Assembly (NCBI GenBank): GCA_030704615.1
Contig: CM060731.1
Span: 30,008,001 to 30,072,000, forward strand
Length of the DNA stretch: 64,000 nucleotides
DNA from: Takakia lepidozioides
Lineage: Eukaryota > Plantae > Bryophyta
Direction of reading: 5' to 3'
Shown here: positions 1 through 12,797 of the stretch, piece by piece
Layout: the number at the start of each line of letters is the position of its first letter
How positions within the stretch are numbered: the stretch's first letter is position 1
Made by a program: the position numbers and the translations under genes
The notes under the pieces: generated by a model
Database searches by the model: none
What the model was told of the DNA's origin: nothing
What the model saw: only the letters and a program-made list of their open reading frames with translations

Positions 1-1729
1 CGTTAACCGTCACATGCAACTCCGCCATCCTGCCCGCAGATTTGTCACCAGGAATTGAGTCAAACCCCTGAGCCCAGATAGTGAAGCATTGTCTCTCAAA
101 TCACTCCAAGTAGGTTAATGGGGCATCCGACTTCAGTTGCTCGGGAATGCATGTGCGTGAGGACGGCCACCCTTTCAGTACCCGAAAATCTCAGGACCGT
201 TGTGGACAACTGGATACATCAGCAAATATCCACAGACCATATTGCCGCTAGCTTTGCAGGAGTAACTATAGCGAATCCTAGCCGAATAACGGTGACTACA
301 AACCACACCCATGCCTGCCACATCCTGCGACCATCTCAATGCACGAGACCAGATCCTGTTTACGCATACTGTCACGAATTTAAGCCCAAATCATGCTTAA
401 AACTCCAGCATAAAGAATATACATGTCGACAAAGGCTCCTCAGGCATGCTCTGCACACCTAACTTACAATCAACACTGCCATCCGAATGCCACAATCACA
501 AAGACACCCAAATCGAAAACGTCACACCCCTGTAGCATACTTGCCATCCACGACCATTTCCTGCTTGCTGCTTGGAGATCCAAGACAGATCGAGCGAGAG
601 CCTGCAACATCGCTGTAGCCGTTTTTCCTTCCGACTTCGCAAGTGCGTCTCTGGAGCCAGCGACTTCGTTTTCACTTTTCACTCTTTCAGGATAAAAGTA
701 AATAAGTAAAAGTAATATTATAAAATTAAAAAAAAGAGTAAGCTATTCGATCGGTGGGATCGATCCGCTTCATGGTCGGGACTCATGGTTGTGGCTCTCT
801 CTCGCATTCAACTCTTGAACAATCTTCGTAAGCGCCAGTTGTATGGCATCAGAGTGACCAAGTAGACCTTGCGATGCATGCTCTCAAAGTGATCACCAAA
901 CCCTGATCATGTCCCCATCCTGTGGATTATGGTTGCTGACCAAGCGTATTGTCTCTGGATACTCAATTGAGCTACCAGCTAATGGTTGTTGTGATGTTCA
1001 AGTATAAATGTGTTTGCTCGCCAACAGATATATTCTTTGGATATTGTGAGCTGATGAGTTGGGTATTGTGCTCCTGGAGCTGGACGATTATATAGCCCTT
1101 CCATAGTTTGACAATCATGCATGCACGCGTGCCTGATTCGCCAGGTTCCCTGTTGCTCGGTTCCCTGAGAACTTGCTTAGATGGATGCGGCAGCACTTGC
1201 TCTGTGCAGGCATAACGGTTTGGAGCCCCATGAAGCTCCAAACCGTTAAGTTCGTTGGGGCCCGGCAGTATGATAGGGAGATGATAGGAGGAGGGGAATA
1301 GACTCAAGAAATACGAAAGCGAACAAAAACAAAGAGAGAGCCAGAAGCAGCCGGCCACAAGCAAATTCTACTGCTCAAGGGATTGCCGAAGGGTCAAAGC
1401 TAAAGAGAAAGGACAGTGGAAACGGTGCAATTCATGCAATAATATTTAGATGGGTCAAGAGCAAGGCAGGTAGAGATCTCACGAGATAAATGCATTGGTA
1501 TCAATAGAAATTGTACACTGAACTGTGCAATTATATATTTAGCCTGCTGTAATCATGGGGTTACATAATGTTCAGATCATCCCCAAAGTTTTCTGGAGAA
1601 ATTATACTTCGGAACGCTGAGCCATCTACCCCGAAAATGTCCAGAATGACAGCTCTAGTGACCCCTCTGGATTTCGTTCTTCTACAGTAGTTACTACACT
1701 GTAGCCTGGATGATTTGAATGTTCAAAGC

Positions 1730-2523
1730 TTATTTGATATCGATAGAGCGTGTTTGTTGTTCGGACTGCCTCTGAATCTTGGGGACCGTGACAGTAAGAA
1801 CGCCATTGTCGACCTTGGCAGTCACTTCGTCTACATTAGCATTGTCCGGCAAGCGCAAGCGCCTCAGGAACTTGCACTGACTGCGCTCTACACGGTGCCA
1901 TGTGTCAGTGTCTTTCACGTCTTCGATCTTGCGCTCGCCACTTATCTGAAGCGTGTGGCCATCTTCCACAAGTACCTTCACTTCCTCTTTCTTTAAACCT
2001 GCGTACAAGCAGGTACCTTCAGTATCAGCATTAGTTGCGATCCAAAATCGTAATCTGATTCGTGATGCAAGGATAACTTTCAAGTGCTCATGAATTTACA
2101 TTTTCTTCTTCTGGATTCCAGCTCAAAGCCACTCTCTGGTCCTACGATAGGTGACAAATGTTCAGACTTGCTCATTTAAGACTACGTTGGAATGAAAACG
2201 GGTAAGTGTGAACAAAGTAGGACACTGTAACATCTAGGGAAGCGCAACCTGTCTCCTCTGAATGACCCGACCGTATAATAGTATTCCAAGAAAAACACAG
2301 AATCCATAGAAGGAGTTTATCGAATCGAATTACCAGGCAGGTCAGCTTTGAAGACATGAGAGTCTGCATTTTCAAGCCAATCTACACGCGTGTTGGCGAT
2401 AGCGCGCGCATCCTCTGCAAACGAGCGAGCTGGTTCCTGGTCCCACAGCGCACCGGAGCCCGGCCACGACAATGGATCTCGCACACTGCCGAAGCGATTT
2501 CCGAAGAAGGATGCCAGGGCCAT
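1730..2523 (-). CDS. HSP20: Small heat-shock protein (HSP20/alpha-crystallin, cytosolic class I-like), 2 exons: 2523-2334 and 1998-1730, ~152 aa
   Basis: Exon 1 MALASFFG...[20 protein letters not shown] and exon 2 [23 protein letters not shown]...WHRVERS...[11 protein letters not shown]...[12 protein letters not shown] phase-1 GT..AG intron (1999-2333) joins them in frame (190+269=459 nt). Confidence 0.93.
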
Positions 2524-2728
2524 TTGACTGCGCTTGGTGCAAAGAAGTAAAATTCAAGGCTCGTCTGTAGAGAGGTCAAATCAGAATGACTTGAAATCAG
2601 TTAGCGAGGTGCCCCTCCTTGTCCGGGTGCTTAAGTCCAAAGCACGACCCAGGAAGGAGAACTCTGAGCTCGATGCGTGCAGCAGCACGATGATGCATTC
2701 CTGGGAGTGAAGATTATAATCGCAACGT

Positions 2729-3095
2729 AGAACGCCTCTTCTATATACTACTTCTGTGTCGGTTTCCTGCTCCTTCCTGACCTCTCTCTCAACCTCGAGT
2801 GTCCTCTAGATCTCTCCAGACCTCTGCCGGCGCCATCGCCACACGACCAGCACGAAGCACACTCTGCAACTCTGCGCTCCCGACTCTTCTGAAACATAAC
2901 AGAACGTTCATCCACCAGAAAGATCACGAGGCCTCGAAGATCTTGGATGATAACTCCAATATGGATGAGGCAATGCCAGACGGACGAACACTACGGGAGG
3001 GGCCCTCAACGAAGGGGTCGTCTCGTCGGGTGCTTTCCGGAAGCTTCTCGTTCTCCGACCGACGTACGCGACAGCATTTTGAGGTCTCTATAAAA
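2729..3095. promoter_or_regulatory. Shared bidirectional heat-shock promoter with HSEs and TATA boxes
   Basis: Three-unit HSE tTTCcgGAAgcTTCt at 3034-3048 and aGAAcgTTCa at 2901-2910. TATAAAA at 3089-3095 (+ gene) and TATATAGA on the minus strand at ~2740-2747 (- gene). Lies between two divergent sHSP genes. Confidence 0.75.
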
Positions 3096-3300
3096 CGAGA
3101 AGACCCTGTGACCCTCATTTCACGCTCGTTCTATCAGGTCTTCAGTTCTTTCCATCTTCTCTAGAATTTTTTTGTGAAATTTCTCGGCGGACTTTGCCTA
3201 CTCCTTCACCTGTGATCGTGCAGTAGCTGTGGACTGATCGTCTTCTGTCCCTGCATTCTGAGTGTCAGAGTTTTGCTGAAGAAGATCTCGGACAGCATCG

Positions 3301-3988
3301 ATGGCTCTTTCATTGTTCTTTGGGAACGACAACAGTGTTTATGATCCCGTCCTCATTCCTACCGTCTGGGACGTCTTCGAGAGTGCGCCATCCCGTGAGA
3401 TTGCTCGGAATGCAAAGGCTGTGGCGAGTGCGCAGATCGACTGGCGTGAGACTCCCGAGGCACAAATCTTCAAAGCTGATCTTCCCGGTCTAAATTTCTG
3501 TTCAGATGCTCTCGTCCTGTTCTGTGCTTCAGATGAAAGTAAATAATGTCTCCAGAATTTGGCAAATGTTGGTCATCACTGGGGGGTGAATGGAGGAGTG
3601 CATTCGGTATATATCTAATTCGACTGATTGTTCCGGTAAAGTGAACTAAAATTATTCTCGAATTCTGAAAGAGAGGAAGTCGTTGAAGTTTCTTAAAGGT
3701 TGTGCACATTGTGATGGATCAGGTCTGAAGAGGGAGGAGATCAAAGTGCAAATGGTGGACGGACGTACACTGGAAATCAGTGGAGAGAGGACGGAGGAGG
3801 AGGTGCAGAAGGGAGACAAATGGCACCGCGTTGAGCGGTCCCGGGGTAGCTTTCTGCGCCGGTTCCGCCTGCCAGAGAACGCCAATGCGGACGCAGTGAC
3901 CGCACAAGTAGAGAATGGCGTGCTTACTGTTACCGTCCCCAAACTTACCAAACCAAAGGCTGAGACCCGCCAGATCCAGATCTCCTGA
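3301..3988 (+). CDS. HSP20: Small heat-shock protein (HSP20, cytosolic class I-like), 2 exons: 3301-3487 and 3723-3988, ~150 aa
   Basis: ...ASAQIDWRETPEAQIFKADLP|GLKREEIKVQMVDGRTLEISGER...DKWHRVERSRGSFLRRFRLPENA...[11 protein letters not shown]. Phase-1 GT..AG intron 3488-3722 (187+266=453 nt). Confidence 0.93.
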
Positions 3989-4579
3989 GATACTTCCCCG
4001 ATGACAGCATTCGTACTACTTCCAAATCGCTGGACAAATTTCGAGAAATCTGATGGTTTCCCGTGGACCCACATTGCAGCGTCCTTTCCATGTCGATCGC
4101 CGGCCTCGAAGCCACCACAAATAGATCCGATTGGGCTTCCAGTGTATGATGTGATGCGACTACAGCAACGAATAGCTGTTAGCTATGTACTCGATGTGTG
4201 TCAAGAGCGCGGTTGGAATGCGATCAAGATGCCCAAAACGTGCTTCACTGTGTCGGTCACGAGTACCGGTCTCCCCACCGGTGCAATCCTCCCACTTGAG
4301 GAGGTTCTCTGTACTTTGAATGCTAAGGTCTGAAAGCTAAGGTCTGTAGACTCATTCGTCACACTGTAGTGTAAGTGATTCAAGTAACTCCAACCATCTA
4401 CTTCTCGACACCCACGGAAGAAAAGGTCTTTCATTTGTTTCTTTCAATGTAGATCAGTACATGAGGAGGCAGGAAAACTCAGTAGAAACCGCGTAGTAAG
4501 AATATTTGCCATATGTATTTGCGAAGTTTAAAAGCAAAAGTTGGAAACAGACAGTTCATTGACTGGCAACTGAGTTCAG

Positions 4580-4604
4580 CTCTCTCTCTCTCTCTCTCTC
4601 TCTC
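4580..4604 (+). repeat. (CT)n microsatellite
   Basis: ctctctctctctctctctctctctc read directly. Confidence 0.9.
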
Positions 4605-4974
4605 ACAGTTAATTAGCCATCCAAACACAGTCACCTAACACACCACCGGAACGCAACGGAATCTACCATTGTAAGAGGCATCAGGCCACAACACCCTGAG
4701 ACACTTCAACATCTGCTCATAAGATATTCTTGTTGACCTGCCTTCAGAGTAACTTGGCTTACCTGAACTGAAATCTTCTCTCAAATTTCATGTCACACGA
4801 GCTTTGCTTGTGACCATAGAACTCAGCCATCTGCGAAGCTTGGCGCTACCATACATTGCCACAACACCCTGTGCTCAAAAGATGTTCTCGTTGACCTGAA
4901 ATCTTCTCTCAAATTTTATGCCCCACGAGTTCAAAATTTCAAATTCACATGTCTCATGTGAAGGCATGTCGGAG

Positions 4975-5871
4975 CTAATATCTATGCCGTGTCAGGTGAG
5001 ATGATATGGTCATTTCCTCACCAGGCATAGCATAATCGGATAGCAACTTACCATCCCTCATGATTCTGTGAAAGAACATGAAAGAGCACTCATGATTAAT
5101 ACCTTCGGCGAGATAATACACCTCCTTGAGGGCCTTCACCGTCACATCTAGTGATGCTACCTCCCAGTGGAATATAGAGCCGAAGAACGGATTTCTCACT
5201 GTGACAGTAGTCGCTAATCCCTTCACCGATCCGCTCAAGATTTTTCCAATTTCTTCCCCATTCACTTTGTAAGTAGGCTGAAGCCTGCATTGGAAGACTT
5301 GTATCCTTCTCGTGCGAGCCTCACTTCGGACTCGATGTCGGGCAGCTGAGATGTCGCTCTCGAAAACCTGAAGGGTGTAACCGGGGATGACGATTGCTAA
5401 GACAGTGTGATGTGACGCTTGAATCAAGTTTTCCAGTACGCTGCGATACTCTCCTCCACGATCCTGGAACTCCAATCCCTGCAGCAGCCCAGGGTCATCA
5501 TGGTGAGCTTGCTGCTGTTCTTCCTGATCCTCAAAAGTGTGATGCCTTACGCCTATGACGATGTTGAAGAGCCCTTGGTCGACGTGATCCTCTAGATCGC
5601 CCCCTGTCGTGTGCTTGCGAAGGTGGCTCGTGCTCCGCTCTGCGCCCTCATGCAAATCTAAGCCAGGGTGGAGTTCATATGGGTTGTGCTGTGTGGCATT
5701 CATGTAGGTCTTAAGAATCTTCTTGCCAACCTTGCAAGCCTGGTCCCATGTGAGGTCCCCATGCAGGCCAGAGATAGCGAATACCCCATTTGTGTTAATG
5801 ATTGCGTTTTGCACTGGCAGCAGCCACTCGTCCGAGGCATCACCGATAGGAACGACAGGGAGCTGCTTCAT
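4975..5871 (-). CDS. Intronless 2OG-Fe(II) dioxygenase-like protein with C-terminal ubiquitin-like domain (298 aa)
   Basis: HxD motif (LEDHVDQGLFNIV), GLEFQDRGGEY, VIPGYTLQVF, distal His (AARHRV) and basic RTRR segment typical of the IPNS-like 2OG-Fe(II) fold. The C-terminal TVTVR...VTVKALKE...EGI...MRDGKLLSDYAM resembles ubiquitin. Confidence 0.65.
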   Translation of the reverse strand: MKQLPVVPIGDASDEWLLPVQNAIINTNGVFAISGLHGDLTWDQACKVGKKILKTYMNATQHNPYELHPGLDLHEGAERSTSHLRKHTTGGDLEDHVDQGLFNIVIGVRHHTFEDQEEQQQAHHDDPGLLQGLEFQDRGGEYRSVLENLIQASHHTVLAIVIPGYTLQVFESDISAARHRVRSEARTRRIQVFQCRLQPTYKVNGEEIGKILSGSVKGLATTVTVRNPFFGSIFHWEVASLDVTVKALKEVYYLAEGINHECSFMFFHRIMRDGKLLSDYAMPGEEMTISSHLTRHRY

Positions 5872-8800
5872 CTTTGCTCTCTTGCGAAACCAATCAACCT
5901 TCCACTCACTTCCGAAACAATATTACTATCAAGTCTGGGATGCAGTGAAAACTGGCCTACCTCGGTATAGAAATGAGAGAAGAGACAAGTGAAGGCTGCA
6001 CAAGACCGAAATTCGTAGCACTCTCCGACACACCGCGTTTTATTCTTCTTCTTTGCCAGTGTTGTTTGGAGGAATTCCTTGAAACAAAGCAAAGAAAAAA
6101 CTGTAAAATTCTGGGGGTAGGGGGCGTGATGGAGAGCCTTCATCCCGACATCTCCGTGAATTGATTGCGCCCCCAAGCTATCTTCGATCACCGCCATGGC
6201 AGTAATCATGGGCGTGATCAAACTATTATGAGTCGCCCAGCGTAGCCGCCACCTTTACCACCACCAGCTGCGCCGCTAACAAACGATCTACCAAGGCAAT
6301 CCCGGCCTTGATTCTCAGCCTACTTTCAATGTACCGTTTGCCTCTCAGCCAAGGATTGCAAAGATTCTGTCAGTTCTAGAATCACAATCTCCCCGCGAGT
6401 AAGCATCCCTTCACTTTGGGTAGGCTAAACTAGCTCGTGAATTCAGATACTCTGCATCTTGCAATCCAACCAGGTATGTCCATTTTTTAATACCAGACTG
6501 GTCCTGGTATGAAGGGTCCCAGCCCTTTTCCATACCAGGCTGGTATAGGTATCTAGACAGGTGCGAGCAACTTGGGTATGAATCTGGTATGAGTTAGGTA
6601 GTTGTATTTAGGGCTGTCGTGTTTAGGTTTCATTGGAGGGACCCGGTGGAAGGAGCCAGCATAAAAATTGAGGCATGCCACTATTTGCACCCTGCGCACG
6701 GTATTCTTTAGTAAAAGGCGAAAGAATAGTTCTCTGCGCTGAGCAAACGGCTAGAGAGACAAAATTTGGAAGGCAAGGGTTATATAGGACTCATCCATCA
6801 AGATGTCTGCAATCGATATGGGATAAATATCTGGCTATAATTTTCCAACATTGCAGGCATCCTAAGGTGTTGTTAAAATGTAAAGGGATGATTTTGTGGG
6901 CTGCATCGGCCTCGCAATGAAATGCTCATGTCGCTATGAGGCGAGGACTGTGTTAATACTGCTTGTTTCCTCTTGCAAGCTTTGTGGTTGTTACTGAGAA
7001 GGCTCGCCATGTGCTTGCCAACCCGACCTTTTTAGGCGAAATAAAGCCAGAAAGCACCAAAAACAATTGGCCCCCACACCCCTATGCCAAGAAAAAAAGG
7101 CAAAAATAAAAAATTTCGCCATATAGTGGCGGTTCCCTTGGGCAGCTGGTGCCAGAAAGCACCGGGGAACCCACACATTTCGCCTGGGAACTAGGCCCTT
7201 ACGGCCCATCACACCAAGAATCAGCATGATTCGCCACCTGCACCTATCGCCAGGCAGTAGCCATATTGCACATACATATGTAGCCATATTGTAGCCATTT
7301 ATCGTAGCCATGCCATATTGCACCGTCCAATCGCCACATTGCATACCTGTAGCCAGGTAGGATCCAGGTGGACATTGTACAAGTCACCACCTCTGCACTT
7401 AATCCCCAAAAAAAATCGCAACCTCCATACCTAGGCAGAAATGAAATAAAAAGGGCTGGTGGTTGGTGTAGGGTAGGGTAGGCATACCTAGGTGGGTATC
7501 AATCGGAAAGGGGGAGCCCCAGCATGACACAGGCCTACATTCTTCTCCAATTCTCAAAACATTCTCCTCATTTTGTGAGTAATTAATAGTGGATTCATTT
7601 GGGAGAAGGCAAACAAGAGAGTGACTCTACTTGGAACCGAAGTTTACTTATACGGTAGGCAGAAGAGTGACTCAAGGCACAACACATTGTCTAAAGAATG
7701 TAAAGCCGATTGAAGACAAGAACTACCTAATTAGATTGTATGTACTCATAAGATGTTTGTTTGGAATAGGAAAGCTCTTAGACTTCCCCTCTATGACGGG
7801 TCTTTCCCCTTTTCTCGCATCACTTCATGTTCGATTTTTCAAAATATGTTTAGAAACTAAATGGTCACCTAGCCTATTGTTCCTTGAAAACTGTTTAAGG
7901 GGATTTGGTAGATTAACAAGCCAATCTGAGAAAGTTTGGCTTCAGAATACATTATAAGGCTTGATGAGAAACCTAGAATGGTACATTACAAGACCTCTTA
8001 GATCCTTTACTTCAAGAACAATGATTCTTTACATGGCATGAAGGCGATACACATCACAATCTCAGCGAACTTGACATAATTGATAAACAATTGCTATTAC
8101 AGAAAGCAATTGAACAAACATTAGCTACAAGAAAATGTGTCGGATTGAAGTTGTCGAAACGCCTCCGGATCATTGTTAATCTGGAATCGTAAAACAAAAG
8201 TGACAAAGTTGGGATAGAAGAAAAGAAGAGGAAGACAAAGAATACACATACAAAGTAGTTGAATAAACTAGACCTCGAGTCTAATATATGGTTCCAAGAT
8301 TCCAGCTCCATTTTCTAATTCATTAGATAGGTATCTGACAAAAGAAACACACAATTACTTCCTTTCCAAATACTTCTCTCTTTCCCAACCCACTAGAGAT
8401 TTAATGATGCTCCACAACCGATTGAAAGCATTTGACTACATCACTACAATTTCAACTTTTTCAAGAACTCTACAAAATTCTCCATTTGTTATCTTGTACC
8501 GTAGCCTCACAAGTTGGACAAAAGTTTGCCCGATAATTTTTTCTTTTTCTTGGAATTGTTGGGCAATATCACATAATTGGGCAATCCAATTATGAAGTTT
8601 ATATTGATGCAATATAAGATGCAATAGTTGATGTCAGGTGGAGTAAGAATACAAGTTCTCAATCTGATATATGTGGAGCTCAAGGATGATTGAGGAACTA
8701 TGGAGATGTATGTTGTTGTGTGCCGTATCTCTCTAGGAATCCACTTGTCAATGATACAAATAAAATTTTATATAAACTAAACTGACATCATGTAGAATGG

Positions 8801-10714
8801 TGGTTTAATACGTACTTGTCTAGAAACTTGTATGTCTAGAAACTTGTATACACCATAAGTGCAAGACTACTTTCCCAATTACAAAAACAAAGAGACAATT
8901 GTATATTTGAAAATTCACTATATTTAAAAGTATTCAAAATTAAGTGTTAAAATAAGTTAACTCTAGATTGGGGTCTAAAACCATACACTTTGAACTATTT
9001 CAAGTTCTTCCTAAATACATATCAAAGAGATATAAATACAATTCATCGTCCTTAGTCCACATGAACTATGTACATAATTCTTGTTCATTGCTATGATATT
9101 TGTGACATTCATACTTAAAAATTTGTCGGTAGCTAGAACAAACTATTGTTTTTCAAGAGGGGTGCTTGTCAACTGAAGGACCTTTGGAAACCCCCCTCCG
9201 TCCCATCGGCTTGGAAGAGGCCCCTCGGGTGCGTGACCCCATAATCCACATTGGACTTTATTCAACTGTCAAACTAAGTTGTTGCAGAGCCCAAAGGTTG
9301 GGAAATTGTATCAAATGGCGTGAAGAGATTTTGTCCATCATTAAGTTCTTGGGCTTCTTGTATTCCAGATTTTTCTTATGGCTCTTGGCAGGAGTGGTTG
9401 TCTGTGCAAACTCGCGGCTGCCAAGTCTTGACTTGATACTGAACTGGCTACTGGAACATCTGCAAGCACTGGCCATAGTATGCTTGTGAAACATGAGATG
9501 AGTGGTGGTCTGATGAGCTATATATCGACATTTAACGATGCTGTTTAGTGTACATGTACTGTTAGCCCATCACATGTTACTACAGAAAAATCCCCATGTC
9601 TTGATGTGATCATGCAGGTGCTGGAGAGAATTTACCAGTTCGAAGAGAGGTCACTGTTACTTGGTGGAACAAAGTTGATAATCAAAGTCTAGTCAAGGTA
9701 TTCTCATCACTGCAATCATGCACTTTGTTGGTCTTTATCTCGTGAGACTTCTCTCCCTGGTATAGTTGGAACCTCTGTTCTTTAGTCTTCTGTGATTTTC
9801 AGCTTAGCGTCTTCTGATTTGATAAGGGGCAGGTGTACTCCTCTGTCAAAAAACGGAAGATGGTTGTGAGGTAGTGATATCCAGCAACGACTTTACGATC
9901 AATACAATACTGCAAAGCTTGTTTCTCGAGTGCCTCACTGCCAGTGGAACTTCTAGGTTCATGTACACCTAAAAATTAAGTCCCACATCTATCTTCATGG
10001 ATTCCTCAGAACTGGTTCTCTAGCTTCAGGCAAGAATACATGTCATCTCTTAGGTGCAGCCTGAACACAGGTTGGTTCAGCTTATTAGTCAGCGAAGCTC
10101 AACATACCAAGTGAGTTGTGGAAGATATATGTGTGGCTTAAATATGTTCTCACACCATCCAGTGTGCTGGTGTGCAGGTGCAACCCTTCATAGGGCAGCC
10201 ACATAAGATACATATACACCTGGCGGCACTTGTGCATCCCCACCTTGGGATCTCATTCTATAAGAGATGGTCATGACCTGTCCAGTGATTGCGATCTTGG
10301 GTTGTGGATTCGTCGTATCAGTTTTTAAATGTGGCATCTTAATGATCCATTCTGAAACCATTTGGGGTGGACATTGAGCCCAGTGTTTGTACATCCGGTA
10401 CCGTTAATATATGGTGGATGCATTTAAGGTGATAGTACAAGGGGTACATTACACTAAACAAACTTTGCGCTAACAAATGAGGATGGTTCATTGTAAACAG
10501 GTGACCCTCTGTATGTTGGCGGGGGCAGATGGCGAGCAGATTTTACAACTGGGGTCAGCAGCCTTCAGAAGCAGCTAGATCCTGCCGAGGTTGGGCAAGT
10601 TTCTGGCACGGGTGGGGATGTGAGGACATTATGTAAGGCAGGACAACAAAAGAGGCGATTCAGATTTTAAACCAACAGGGCATTTGGTCAGACTCCAATA
10701 CTTATGTCTTTATC

Positions 10715-12797
10715 TTGCAGCAGTGCATCAACATGAAAGCCCTAGCAGAGGGCAAGCAGGTGCATGCCCACATTGTCCAGAGTGACGTCAAGCTTAACAT
10801 CATTGTACTTAACGCACTTATTAACATGTATGCCAAGTGTGGGAGTGTAGTGGATGCACGCCAAGTGCTCAACAAAATGCCTGCACGAGATGTGTTTACG
10901 TGGACTTCAATGATTGGTGGGTATGCGAAGCATGGGTATGGTAGGGAGGCTTTGGAAATCTATGAGCAAATGAGATGGGAATCCATCGCTCCTAACAAAG
11001 TCACTTTCATTTGCATTCTCAAGGCATGTGCCAACTTAGGGACCCTCAAAAAGGGCAAGAAGGTCCATGGTGACCTCATTCAAGCTGGAATACTGCCAGA
11101 TATCATTCTGGAAACCGTCCTTGTGGACATGTATGCAAAATGCAGAAGCATGAAGAATGCCCGTGAAGTGTTTGATAACATGGCTAAACGAGATGTAGTC
11201 TCATGGAATTGTATGATCGCAGGATATGCTCAGCATGGATGCAGTAGGAAGGCTTTTGACATCTATGAGCAAATGATGCGGGAAGGGGTAACACCCACCA
11301 AGGTCACTTTCATTTCTGTTCTCAATGCAGGTGCCGCCCTGGGGGGCCTCGAAAAGGTGAAAGAGGTCCATGCCAACATCATCAAAGCTGGAGTTGTGCC
11401 AGATACCATTCTGGACACTGCCCTTGTTTATGTGTATTCTGAATGCAGGAGCATGAAGGATGCGCGTCAAGTTTTTGAGAGTATGACTCAACTTAATGTG
11501 GTCTCGTGGAGTGCCATGATTGCAGGTTATGCCCGTCATGGGTGTGGAGGTGAAGCTTTAAAGATGTATGAGGAAATGCAACAGGAAGGGGTGACACCCA
11601 ACAGGGTGACATTCATTTCCGTTCTCAAGGCGTGTGCCAGCCTAGAAACCCTGGAAAACGGCAAAGAAGTCCATGCTGACATTGTCAATGCTGGAATCAA
11701 ACCCGATGTCATGCTGGAGACTGCCCTTGCTGCCAATTGTGGGAGTATAAAGGATGCATGTCAAGTGTTCAACAATATGGCTCAACGAAATGTGATCTCA
11801 TGGAGTGCAATGATTGCAGGATATGCTCAGCATGGGTTCGGCAGGGACGCTTTGGAGATGTATGAGCAAATGATATGGGAAGGAGTGACACCCGACAAGG
11901 TCACTTTCATTTCCGTTCTCAAGACGTGTGCCAGCCTAGAAGCCCTGGGAAAGGGCAAAGAGGTCCATGCTGACATTGTCAAAGCTGGAATTGTGCCAGA
12001 TAGCATTCTGGAACTGCCCTTGCTAAGATGTATGCCAGATGTGGGAGTGTGAAGGATGCACGTCAGGTGTTCGACAATGTCTATACGAGATACAGTCTCA
12101 TGGAACATGATGATCACAGGGTATGCTCAGCATGGGTGTGCTAGGGAGGCTGTTGGGCTGTATGTGCAAATGCTACGGGAAGGGGTGACTCCCAACAAGG
12201 TAACATTCATTGGAGTTCTCAATGCCTGTGCCAGCCTGGCAGACCTAGAGAAGGGCCAAGTGGTCCATGCTGACATCATCAGAGCTGGATTCATGCCAGA
12301 TAACAGTGTGGACACTGCCCTTATTGCAGCTGGCAGGTGGGAGGATACAGTGGTGAGAAAAATGAAGGACAGAGGTGTCAGAAAAGAGGCAGGGCGTAGC
12401 TGCATTGACGTGGACAACCAGGTGCATACATTTGTTGTAGAAGACAACTCACACCCACAAATTAAGGAAATTCATTCAGAGCTGAGGAGGTTGTATGGAC
12501 AGATGAAGGAGGCCGGATATGTGCCTGACACGCGCTTTGTATTGCATGACATAAAGGAGGAGCGAAAAGAAATTTCTCTTTGCTACCACAGCGAGAAGCT
12601 AGCCATTGGTTTTGGGCTGATCAGCATGCCCCCTGGGATGCCAATTCGTGTCATCAAGAACCTTCGGGTATGCGGTGACTGCCACACTGCCAGCAAGTTC
12701 ATCTCGAGAATTGTTGGGCGAGCAGTTATAGTACGTGATGCCAACCGCTTTCACCACTTCCAAAGATGGGGCTTGTTCTTGTGGTGATTACTGGTGA
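10715..12797 (+). pseudogene. PLS-class PPR protein with DYW deaminase domain (organellar C-to-U editing factor), frameshifted and internally deleted
   Basis: Repeated P-L-S triplets (DVVSWxxMIAGYAQHG, PNKVTFISVLxAC, ETALVDMYAKC). DYW motifs YHSEKLA and [10 protein letters not shown]; CSCGDYW* is restored in another frame (12763-12797). Frameshifts near 12013 and 12760, and deletions near 11730 and 12325 (ALI|AAGRWED). The 5' start is degraded (~10600-10715). Confidence 0.88.

Noticed and set aside
6400-10500. Short ORFs and possible TE debris
   Set aside because: No motif or terminal structure could be supported by eye.
12560-12797. DYW domain as a U-to-C (KP-type) editing factor
   Set aside because: It has HSEKLA and a DYW end, not the HAE/KPAxA signature, so it is an ordinary C-to-U type.
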